Below are positions 38,683-48,638 of a stretch of 64,000 nucleotides of DNA, one piece after another. Both the position numbers and the translations under genes were made by a program. Each line of letters starts with the position of its first letter. The stretch's first letter is position 1. The DNA is from a virus. Location of the stretch: positions 19,665 through 83,664 of IMG/VR virus record IMGVR_UViG_3300048919_000123, one strand, 5' to 3'. The notes under the pieces are model-generated. The model made no database searches and was not told the origin of the DNA. It saw only the letters and a list, made by a program, of their open reading frames with translations.

Positions 38683-40794
38683 ATGCGAGACATCAACAGT
38701 TACCCGATCCCCGTCGGGTATCGCTGGATCAATGGCAAAGTCGTCGACAACTTTGCAGGCGGCGGTGGAGCTTCCACCGGCATCGCCCAGGCCAATGGCC
38801 GCTCCCCCGACATCGCCGTGAATCACAACGCCGAAGCGCTGATGATGCACGAGCAGAACCACCCCGAGACCAAGCACTACAACGAGTCGGTCTGGGACAT
38901 CGATATCCTCGCAGCGTTGAATGGCCAGCCAGCCCTGATGGGCTGGTTCTCGCCGGACTGCACCCACTTTTCGGTCGCCAAGGGCGGCAAGCCGGTGAAG
39001 AAAGCCATTCGCGGCCTGGCCTGGATCGTGAAGAAGTGGATCGGCCAGTCGGACATGGCCATGCTCTTCATGGAGAACGTGAAGGAGTTCATGACCTGGG
39101 GCCCACTGATCGCCAAGCGCTGCAAGAGCACCGGCCGCGTGATCAAGCTGGTCGCCGACCCGGTGAAGAAGGACAAGGACGGCAACCCGGTGATGAACGA
39201 AGTCGTCAGCGAGCCTGGCGAACAGGTCGCTTACTGGGATCAGGCGCTGGTGCCGGACAAGAAGCGATCCGGCAGCATCTTCAAGCAGTTCATCAAGCAG
39301 CTGCGCGCCGCCGGCTACACCGTGGAGTGGAAGGAGAAGGGTCTCAACGCCTGCGACTACGGTGACCCGACTACCCGAAACCGCTTCTTCCTGATGGCCC
39401 GCAAGGATGGGCTGCCGATCATCTGGCCGGAGCCGACCCACGCTGACAAGAAGTACCTGCGTGCCAACCCGGGCAAGCTGCAGCCGTGGAAGACCGCAGG
39501 CGAGAACCTCGACTTCAGCCTGCCCTGCCCGTCGATCTTCGGCCGCAAGAAACCGCTGGCCGAGAAGACCCTGGCACGCATCTTCAAAGGCATCGAGAAG
39601 TTCGTGATCGGCGCCGGCGATGAGGCGTTTCTCGTGAAGACGAACCACGCCTACGACCAGTTCCGCGGCCAGTCGCTGGACGAACCGCTGCAGACCCTGA
39701 CCAGCAAGCTGGGCACCGGGCTGACGGCGGTCACGCTTAGCAAGTTCAACCAGAACAGCATCGGCCAGTCGGTGGACATGCCGATCGACACCGTCATGGC
39801 TGGCGCAACCCGCTTTGCCTTGGTGGAAGCCGAGCTGCAGTCAGCCGCCGCTATCATGAAGTTCCGCGGTGACTCCGGCGGCGCCAGCTGCAACATGCCA
39901 CTGCCGGTGATCACCGCCGGTGGCGGCGCGGCGCGGCCGGCAGGCGCACCCCATGCCCTCGGCGTTCTGCAGGCGCAGCTGGAGCCGTTGATGCAGGCAG
40001 GCTGCATCACCACCATCGACCACCAGAGCACCGGCGATACCTCGAAAGGTTACGACGAGCCACTGTCGGTCGTGACCAGTAAGGCCCGGCACATTCAAGT
40101 CGCCGCGCTGCTCAAGCATTACACCGGCGTGGTCGGCCAGCACCTGGACAAGCCGCTGCCAACGATCACATCCAAGGATCACAACTCGGTCATGGAAGCC
40201 ACGCTGGCAGCCGTTGACCCGGTGCACGATCTGGAAGATGCACTCGACGTAGCGCACATCCAGCGCGACTTCGGCAACAGCGTCGGCCACGGCGCCGATG
40301 AACCACTGGGCGCAATCACCGCAGGTGGCGGCGGCAAGTCGGCGCTGGTGGCCAGCAGCCTGGTGAAACTCAAAGGCACCTGCAACCACGGTCAGTCGCT
40401 CGACAGGCCACTGGATGCGATCGCTGCACAGGGCAACCACTTCGCAGCGGTTCAGGCCTTCCTGATCAAGTTCTACGGCACAGGCGGCGCGGTCAGCTGC
40501 GACGAGCCGCTGGACACCATCACCGCCAAGGCGCGCTTCGGCATCGTCACCATCCACGGGCAGGACTACCAGATTGTCGACATCGGCATGCGAATGCTGG
40601 AGCCGCACGAGCTGTATCGCTGCCAGGGTTTCCCGGCCGATTACGAGCATGAAGTGGTGATGGGCAAGAAACTGCCGAAGCATGCGCAGGTGCGCATGGT
40701 TGGCAACTCGGTGCCGCCGGGGCTGGCCCGGGCACTGGTAGCAGCAAACATCCCGCGCTGGGCGCTGGGCAATCAAATGCAGGAGAGTGCGTGA
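38683..40794 (+). CDS. C5-cytosine DNA methyltransferase
   Basis: FAGGGG (motif I), SPDC (IV), ENV (VI), R.R (VIII), QGFP (IX), GNSV (X). Confidence 0.93.
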   Translation: MRDINSYPIPVGYRWINGKVVDNFAGGGGASTGIAQANGRSPDIAVNHNAEALMMHEQNHPETKHYNESVWDIDILAALNGQPALMGWFSPDCTHFSVAKGGKPVKKAIRGLAWIVKKWIGQSDMAMLFMENVKEFMTWGPLIAKRCKSTGRVIKLVADPVKKDKDGNPVMNEVVSEPGEQVAYWDQALVPDKKRSGSIFKQFIKQLRAAGYTVEWKEKGLNACDYGDPTTRNRFFLMARKDGLPIIWPEPTHADKKYLRANPGKLQPWKTAGENLDFSLPCPSIFGRKKPLAEKTLARIFKGIEKFVIGAGDEAFLVKTNHAYDQFRGQSLDEPLQTLTSKLGTGLTAVTLSKFNQNSIGQSVDMPIDTVMAGATRFALVEAELQSAAAIMKFRGDSGGASCNMPLPVITAGGGAARPAGAPHALGVLQAQLEPLMQAGCITTIDHQSTGDTSKGYDEPLSVVTSKARHIQVAALLKHYTGVVGQHLDKPLPTITSKDHNSVMEATLAAVDPVHDLEDALDVAHIQRDFGNSVGHGADEPLGAITAGGGGKSALVASSLVKLKGTCNHGQSLDRPLDAIAAQGNHFAAVQAFLIKFYGTGGAVSCDEPLDTITAKARFGIVTIHGQDYQIVDIGMRMLEPHELYRCQGFPADYEHEVVMGKKLPKHAQVRMVGNSVPPGLARALVAANIPRWALGNQMQESA

Positions 40795-43700
40795 TGGCTG
40801 ATTTTTGCAGGAAGTGCACGGAAGACTTGTTCGGCGCAGAAGCCGCCGAAAATAACGACATGGCTGGCCTGACCTCGCACGAGAGCTGGGACAAGGGGCT
40901 GGCTGCATCGGTGCTGTGTGAAAGCTGTGGGCCGATTCAGGTCGACCCCCATGGCAACTGCGCCAGCAATTGCAGCCTGGGGGATCTGCCGGGCCACAAC
41001 GTGGCCTGGAAGGCGGTGGCGGAGCCGATCTGCCCGCCGGAAGCGGCGGGCATGCAGCACCTGACCTACAGCCTGACCTTCACCGGCAAGATCAACATCG
41101 AAGGCATGAACCCGGAGGCAGCCAAGGCTGCCCTCGAGGATCACCTGGCTCGCTTCGCCAATCAGCACACGGCGGAAGGCAGCGGCGGGCCGATGGATGC
41201 CGAAGGCGCGGTGTTCGTGGGCTTTGAAATGAGCGTGGTGGTGAAAGGCGGTGACGCATGCGATTCCGTGTAACCGCCAACAACACCAACGGCAACCTGC
41301 CCCGCCATGAAGAGTGGTTCGACACAGAAGAGCGGGCCAAGCGACACGGGGACTGGTGGCATGGCCAGTCCTCCCTTTGCAACGTCGAAGTCGACGAGCC
41401 GCTGGGCGTGCTGCTGACCTTCTCCAACGGCTCCACGCAGTTCGAGGTGGCGCCGGACATGCCGACCGCCATTGCCGTGCGTGACAGCTGGCAAGGAGTG
41501 GTCAACAACCGAAAGATCAACCGCAGCACGGTGCGCAAGGTCGAGATCTGCGGCGTGCGGCAGAAGACGGCCGTGGCGACCGCCGAAGACCAGCTGGTCG
41601 GCGCCTGGATGGCTGCAGCGCTCGACGACCACATGGTCTGCCCGAGCATGAAGTACGACATCAATCGCTGGATAGACAGTAAGGAATGGGTATGAAATCG
41701 AAAAGCGTTGTGCAGATCCGTGCCATGGGCGGCGGCATGATGGACGTGCCGTGCTACCACCAGTGGTCGCTGGACGTCGGCGGCACCAAGTTCAACTTTG
41801 CCCTGCACCCCAAGGCAGGCACCATCAAAGGCCTGCAGCGACCGCTGGCGATCAGCGAATGTGGCACCGGGTTCGACGTCAAGGCTGTGCTGCTGCACCC
41901 CAACAGCCGCAACCCGCTGACCGAGAACTCGGTGAAGAACATGACCAGCGACCAGGTCAAGCGCCTGGCCCGGGCAGCGCTGCACCGGCTGATCTTCAAA
42001 CAGGTCGGCCCGATGAACTTCCTGCAGGCGATGATCACCGCGCAGATGCGGGTGTCCGGTCTGACGATGGACATCAGCAAGATCGAGAGCCAGCTGGCTG
42101 AGCTGGAAGCGGGAGCAGCTGCCACGCCTGATGAGTATGTACCGACCCCGGAAGAAGTCTCGCAGGCGCTGGCCGACGCTGACGAGATGAACAAGAACAT
42201 GCGCACTTACGGGACGATTGACGCCCCGAAGGTCGTTGAAGGCAGCGCCGAGCCTTGCGCAGCCTGCGGTGGCAGCCGAGTGCTGACGACCACCGACAAG
42301 GATCACGAAGGCCAATCCCTCGAAATCGAATGCACGGAGTGTGAACCATGCTCGACCACGAAATGATCTTCAAGGGTCAGGTACTCAGCCAGGCACAGAT
42401 CGACGTGCTGGCCAAGCTGCCGACCGACATCACCAACCTGTCCTCGAAGAACTTCCGCAAGGCCATCGACATCGCGCTGACCAAGGCCGGGATGCCGGTG
42501 CCGGACATCCAGATCGGCCAGGTCGTGAGCTGGCGTGTCGGCACCGGCACCGACAAGGGCAAGGTCATCAGCTACGACGAGCGCGCCGACAAGTACCGCG
42601 TTTTCTCCAAAAACAAGAAGCGCGAGTTCACCGTCCGTGGCAATGACATCCGGGTGAGTCTGGGAAAGGAGACTGCTGATGCTGACTCTGCAGAACCACA
42701 AGAAAATCCATGACCTGCTCTGCGACTGGGATCAGCTGGCGAAGCTGTACGAAACCATCCAGACCGGAAACAACCTTACCGTGCAGGTGAACGGCTGCTA
42801 CCGGGATGAGTTCCGTGCGGGTGCGGTCAAGGAAGCCAAACGGGTTCTGAAGGAAAAGTCTCAGGTGATGCTTGAGCAGCTGAAGAATCTGGGATTCGAC
42901 ACAAGCACGCTGGAACCTCTGCGAGAGGTAGTCCGGCCGGAGGATATGGCCAATGAACCAGCCAAGAGTTGACCGCATGACGCTGCACTTTCGCAGCGGG
43001 CCTGACCGGCGCACCCCGAAGGCCGGCGACGAGAAATATGTCGCCGGCGTGCTCAAGGTGCGCCAGCAGAGCAAGGCGTTCGGCTACTCCATGGTCAGCA
43101 ACGGCCGGCCGGTGTGGGAGTGGGTTGACTGGGGCAGCGAGCGTGACCGCTGCCGCAACCAAGGCCGCTACCGCACGATGCGCCACGGCATACCCGTGCC
43201 GCCTCCGCCCGACGGCTGGAAGATCCTCGAAGCAGGTCAGGTGGTGCCCAAAGAACACATGGTGTTCAAGCAGGAGTTCGGAGCCGCTGGCGAAGTCGGC
43301 TGGTTTGGGGCATCAAACTGGGCCGGGCGGGAGGCTGAGGTCGGTAGCGTCCACCGGGCCTACGCCGTTCGCAAGTCAGACATCGAGCTGACTCGTGATC
43401 TGTTTGAAAAACAATGCGCCTGCATCTCCGAAGGACACATGGCCAAGCAGCCAGTGAGTGTTTCGGCAGCGACGGCAGTGAAGAAATATTTGGCACGCTG
43501 TAAGTGCCCTACTCGCCACGAGGTGGAATCACATGCTACAGATTGACCAGATAAAAGCCCTGCTCGCCGAAGGCCTGCGCATCTACCGCGGCACCCCCAA
43601 GGGCCGGGATTACCGAACGGTGTGGATGAACGAGGGCTGCTACTACGTTGATGGCCAGCGGCGCTTGGCTCACGCCCACCCTTCTGACGAAGCAGGCGAG

Positions 43701-45800
43701 GACTGGCGCCAGGTTGAGATGCCTGACTTCAACCCGGCGGACTACAAGCTGCACGCCGACAACCACCACTACGGTGGCCACTTCCACAAAATCCTGTGCT
43801 GGGACTTCGAGGAGCCTGTGGTCACCAAGGTGGTGAAGTTCATCAACCCTCGGCCACCCCGCGCTGGCTACCACAGCCTGAACCACTACGTCGTCTTTGA
43901 ATCGGCCGAGCCGCTGACCGATGAAGATGCCTGCGAACGCGCCATCGACCTGGTGCTGGCCCTCGGCGCCGGCTTCGATGAAACGAACGCTCAACCTGCT
44001 CTCGTTATCTGAGGTGAAACCATGCCAAGCATTGCCAACTATCTGATGGGCCAGAATCAGGAAGACATCCGCTTCCAGTCTCTGGAGCAATCGTTCAAAG
44101 GTTTCCAGGCCCGCAAGGGTTACAGCGAGATCACCTTCACCACTGACCAGAAGGTCAACCCGGGCGCCTCGCTGGGAATGGGCGGCCACCTGTTCGAACG
44201 GCTGCCTCTGGTTCTGTGGCTTGACCGTGCCAAGTGCAAGGAAGTCGACGCGCTTCTCCAGCCGGCCGACATGAAAGACGACCACTACATGGATCTGCGC
44301 CTTGCCCTGCAGGGTCTGGCGCAGGTGCGTGACGGCGGAGCGATGGCCACACTCACCGAGCAACAGCAGGCTGCGCTTACGGCAGCGCGCGATACCCTGG
44401 CTTCACTCTTCGGCGAGGTGTAAATGGCTTTCACACACGTAATCCAGTGGCGCCGTAAGGGCTACTGGTCGCCGGGCGCCAAGTTCAGCTCCGAGGAAGA
44501 GGCGCAGGAATACGGGGAGATGCGGGTCAACTCCGACAAGGAGGCGGGCTTTCGCGTCGTCCCGTTGACCAAGCACGGCGAGCTGTCCGTGGAGCAGTGC
44601 CTGGTGCTGCTCAAGTGCATGCACCTGTCGCCGAAATACTGGCGGGCGGAGCTGGTGCGCTTTCTGGAGAAGGGCGCCAAGCCTACCGCTGGCCTGACTC
44701 CGGAGGACGTCGAACTGCTGCTCGTGATCGGCCAGCAGTACCCGATGCGCAAGCTGGTGAAGACCAACCCCGAAGTCATGCGCAACCGGCTGAAGATGGC
44801 CGATGCGCGGGAACGTGCACGGGAAATCGCCAAGGCTGCCTCTCACATCGTGGCGCTGGACACCAACCCGGAAGTCATGCCCATCGCCCAAGGCTGCTTC
44901 GTGCAGGCATGGGTGTTTGTCCCGAATCGGACTGAGGATCAAGAACGTGGACGTCAACACGATATTGCAGCCTACCTGGCCGGCACGGCCGGGGCAGACG
45001 CTGCTTGAAACAGCAACAAGAGATACACGCAAGGCTTTGGAAGCATTCGTAAAACGCTGGGAAAAATCGAAGTTCATCCCCTATGACCAGGTGCTGGACT
45101 TCGCCAAGGATCCACGCTTCTGCTCGGTGATGCTCACACCGGTGGCGCAGCGCGGAATCTTCGATTTGTTTGCGGCCGGCACCGGGGATGACACTCGCCT
45201 CGCTCTGGCAAAGCGGGCAGATCAATCGCTCAGCCTGGCGGGTGCCTACACCTACAGCTGGACGGAACAGATCCACTTCTTGGAAGACGGCTCGGCCAGG
45301 CTGTACGCCTGGAAGGGTCTCAGCCATGCAACCTCGCTTCGGCGAATCCGAAAGGAGTATCTCAAGTGACTGAATTAACACCAGAAAAGTTGTTCCTCGC
45401 CATGCTGATGATGGGCGTGGTCATGGCCGTGCTATTCATCCTCCTCTCCGCGGCAACGGAGGCCGTGAAGTCCGCCCTGCTCTGGGTGGATGACCGCAAG
45501 TCATCAGGCCCATGGCCAATGGCGCAGCTGATCGCCAAGGCCATGGGTTACAAGGAAAGCAGCCACAGCTACAAGTTCGAGAAGGAAGGAAAGGAAGATC
45601 AGAGCAGCTCAGACATCCTAGGCAAGGCCGCGGTTGTGGTGGGCTGCATCCCGATGGTGGTCTGCCTGACGATCAAGTTCTACCCCATCGTGCTGTCGCT
45701 GGCCCTGCTCTACGCCATTGCCCACACGGCGCGGTTCGCCCGCCGCCACAAAAAACTTTTCGATCAACACGTCAAAGATCCAGGAGCACACGAAAAATGA
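40791..45800 (+). CDS. Run of about eleven hypothetical genes (40791-41273, 41258-41695, 41692-42366, 42348-42713, 42679-42972, 42953-43546, 43533-44012, 44022-44423, 44424-45008, ~44947-45369, 45366-45800 membrane)
   Basis: Overlapping stop/start junctions; several CxxC motifs; last ORF has hydrophobic helices. Confidence 0.65.
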
Positions 45801-46609
45801 ACATCACCAACGACGTAAAGCACACCCTGATTCACTCGATGCTGCGCCAAGCATCGAAACGCCAGGCGGCCTCGACCACCAAGGCCGCCCGCGCGCTGGA
45901 CAAATTGTGGCGCCAGCTGTTCGCCAAGCAGATCGCATTGAAGATCCCGGAAGTGCCTGAGGCTCGCTGGGCACCGTTGATTCAGGACGGCATCTTCAAC
46001 AGCCTCAAAGGCAAGGTGCACCTGGTCACCGTAAAGTTGAACGACAAGTTCAATGCCACGCAGAGCGAGGTCATCGGAAAGGTTGGCTACACCTATGAGA
46101 CCCTAAACGGCAACATCCAGGTTCGCGAGAAGGACAAGGAAAAGTGGCAGACAATCCGCCAAGCAGTCGAGGAGGAATGGGGAGCCTTCCTGAACTTCAC
46201 CGAAAAATACACTGGCAGCTACGACTTTCATTACAGCTGGAAGACCAGCCACGCTGACCTGCCGAGCATCCCTGGCCTGGACAAGGTCTTTCACCCTGAT
46301 GTGACGGTCGGCAAGGCCGACGAGTACCGCATCCCCTACTCCACCGCAGCGTACCGGCTGGTGCAGGAATCTGAGCGCCTGCTGCAGGCGTACATGGCAG
46401 TGATCATCGCGGCCGGCGCGCTGTACGAGGATCTGGTCAAGATCCTGGCGCCGATCCGCACCCTCAAGCACCTCGAAGCCCAGTTCCCGGACGCGGTGCA
46501 ATACCTGCCGGAAGGCTTCACAGAAAAGGTGAAGAACGTGAAGCAACTTGCTGATCCTAAACTGGTAAGCCGCGCCAGCGCACTGTTGTTGACCGGCATC
46601 CCTGATTAA
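45797..46609 (+). CDS. Nmad5-like (nucleotide modification-associated domain 5) protein
   Basis: M.IT..VK..LI N-terminus and RTLKHL...FPDA..YLP C-terminal motif. Confidence 0.55.
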   Translation: MNITNDVKHTLIHSMLRQASKRQAASTTKAARALDKLWRQLFAKQIALKIPEVPEARWAPLIQDGIFNSLKGKVHLVTVKLNDKFNATQSEVIGKVGYTYETLNGNIQVREKDKEKWQTIRQAVEEEWGAFLNFTEKYTGSYDFHYSWKTSHADLPSIPGLDKVFHPDVTVGKADEYRIPYSTAAYRLVQESERLLQAYMAVIIAAGALYEDLVKILAPIRTLKHLEAQFPDAVQYLPEGFTEKVKNVKQLADPKLVSRASALLLTGIPD

Positions 46610-46645
46610 CCGAAACACTTGGCCGCGGGCCCAGAAGGAGTATGC

Positions 46646-46972
46646 GTGGAACGACTGAAGACTGAACTGCTGATGATCGGCAAAGACGTGGGTGACATCG
46701 GAACGACGGAGCAGCAGCAGCGCTGGATTGGACATTTCTTCGAGGGACTGCGTTACAGCCTCACCGAAGAAGGCCTGCAGACCTTCAGCGCCGAGCAGCT
46801 GCGTCCGGCATACGTGGCGTTTGTCCAAGGTTACGGTGAGAGCCGGAGCCTGGCGGACGCCATCGAGAAGGTGATCTACCTGTTCCACCCCAGCGACAAG
46901 CACCGGCCGATCGTTCAGCTGAAACTACCGGACGCTCCGAATGTGGTGAGCATCTTCCAAAAGAACTCTTGA
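46646..46972 (+). CDS. Hypothetical protein
   Basis: AAGGAG RBS before GTG. Confidence 0.55.
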   Translation: MERLKTELLMIGKDVGDIGTTEQQQRWIGHFFEGLRYSLTEEGLQTFSAEQLRPAYVAFVQGYGESRSLADAIEKVIYLFHPSDKHRPIVQLKLPDAPNVVSIFQKNS

Positions 46973-46997
46973 CCGGGAGGGCACGACTGACTATCGT
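46969..46997 (+). promoter_or_regulatory. Putative sigma70 promoter of replication operon
   Basis: TTGACC-N17-TATCGT, overlapped by GGGCACGA/TCGTGCCC inverted repeat. Confidence 0.5.
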
Positions 46998-47037
46998 GCC
47001 CAACCTATAAGCGTATAAATTTATAAGGGGATAACCC

Positions 47038-48366
47038 ATGGGACTGAACAGTGGCCAGGCCGAAGCCGTAAACAAAGCACTCGACGCTTATGAGAATGGC
47101 GCGCAGGGCTACACCATCATCGGCGAAGGCGGTACAGGCAAGACCTACTCCTGCATGGAGATCGCGGTGATCCTGCTCGACGCCGGGCTCAAGATCATCT
47201 TCGTGGCACCGACCAACAAGGCGGTGAAACAGCTGGAGAAGGCAGCGCGCAAGTACGGGCTGCCAATGGACAAGATCGGCTTCAAGACCGCCCACAGCGC
47301 GTTGGGCTTGGCTCTGATGCCAACGGATGAACGCAAGTACGCTGCCCGGGTTCGTGACAGCGTGCTGGGCGACTACAACATGGTGGTCTGCGACGAAGCT
47401 TCGATGCTCGGCGAGATCTTCCTGATGGACTACCTGCTACCGGATCTGCAGAACAACGAGGTGTTCTGCCTGTTGATGGGCGACCAGATGCAGCTGCCCC
47501 CGGTGAAGGAGAAGGAATCCAAAGCCTTCGGCCTGTTCCCCACCAGCGAGCTGACCCAGGTAGAACGGCAGAAGAACAACCCGGACGGCACCCCGAACGG
47601 CATCCTGCAGCTGACTCATCCGCTGCGCGCCGCCATAGAAGAGAACCGCTCGTTCAAGTTCGACACGATCCCTGCCCACAACGTTACCGTGCTCAAGGCC
47701 GCTGACTTCCTACAGGCAGTGGTGGCCGAGTTCGATCTGACCACGGATCTGGAAGATGTGCGGGTGCTGGCGTGGCGAAACTACCGCGTCGACGACATCA
47801 ACAAGGCAATCCGTGCCAAAATCTACGGCCCGAAAGCCGCACGTTTTGAAGTCGGCGAGCGCCTGGTAACCGGCAGCCCAATTACCCGGGCTGGCGAGGT
47901 CGAGCTGTCCACCGACGAAGAGTCGCTGGTCGCTTCGGTGCGCGAAAGCACCATGTTCGATGAGGAGACCGGCGAGAAGTGGAAGACGTGGCTGGTCACC
48001 CTCAATCCTGTGTATGCTGATACACGGCAGGTGTTCGCTCACGTCCTGCACGAGGATGAGTTCGAACGCTACAACCGTTACACCAACGAACTCAGCGAAA
48101 AGGCTATCAAGGCCAAGAAAAGTGGAGGCAACCCCGGCTACCACTGGAAGACGCTTCACCAGTTCAAAGACCTGTTTGCGGATCTGAAATACTGCTACTG
48201 CATCACCGTCCACCGCAGCCAGGGCAGCACCTTCAAGCGAGTCATGGTCGATGTCAAAGATCTGCTGGAAAACCCAATCCGCAGTGAAAGGCAGCGGCTT
48301 TTGTACGTGGCGTTCAGTCGGCCACAAGAGGAATTGATCATCAACAAGTTCGGGTTTACCGCTTAG
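47038..48366 (+). CDS. SF1B helicase, Dda/RecD-like
   Basis: GEGGTGKT, APTNKA, DEASM, GDQMQLPPV, TVHRSQGST and LYVAFSR motifs. Confidence 0.92.
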   Translation: MGLNSGQAEAVNKALDAYENGAQGYTIIGEGGTGKTYSCMEIAVILLDAGLKIIFVAPTNKAVKQLEKAARKYGLPMDKIGFKTAHSALGLALMPTDERKYAARVRDSVLGDYNMVVCDEASMLGEIFLMDYLLPDLQNNEVFCLLMGDQMQLPPVKEKESKAFGLFPTSELTQVERQKNNPDGTPNGILQLTHPLRAAIEENRSFKFDTIPAHNVTVLKAADFLQAVVAEFDLTTDLEDVRVLAWRNYRVDDINKAIRAKIYGPKAARFEVGERLVTGSPITRAGEVELSTDEESLVASVRESTMFDEETGEKWKTWLVTLNPVYADTRQVFAHVLHEDEFERYNRYTNELSEKAIKAKKSGGNPGYHWKTLHQFKDLFADLKYCYCITVHRSQGSTFKRVMVDVKDLLENPIRSERQRLLYVAFSRPQEELIINKFGFTA

Positions 48367-48391
48367 GCACCCCGGGCTACAGGAGCCGCAC

Positions 48392-48634
48392 ATGAAAGTC
48401 GTGGAACACGAAGAGCGTACCCCCAACACGCCTATCGACTACAGCAAACTGGCTGATTTCTACAACCGTTTGGAGATCGGTGGCGCGGTCGAAATGGATC
48501 AGGTCTACAACATCACCCTGTTCAAGCAGGCCATTGAGCGCCGCGGCCTGGGTCTGGGAGATTTCCAGGCCTTCAACAAAGGCGGAAAAACCCTTGTTAA
48601 GCGACTGACCCAGGCCCTCATGAGCAAGGATTAA
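48392..48634 (+). CDS. Hypothetical protein
   Basis: AGGAG RBS, 80 aa. Confidence 0.7.
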   Translation: MKVVEHEERTPNTPIDYSKLADFYNRLEIGGAVEMDQVYNITLFKQAIERRGLGLGDFQAFNKGGKTLVKRLTQALMSKD

Positions 48635-48638
48635 CGCC

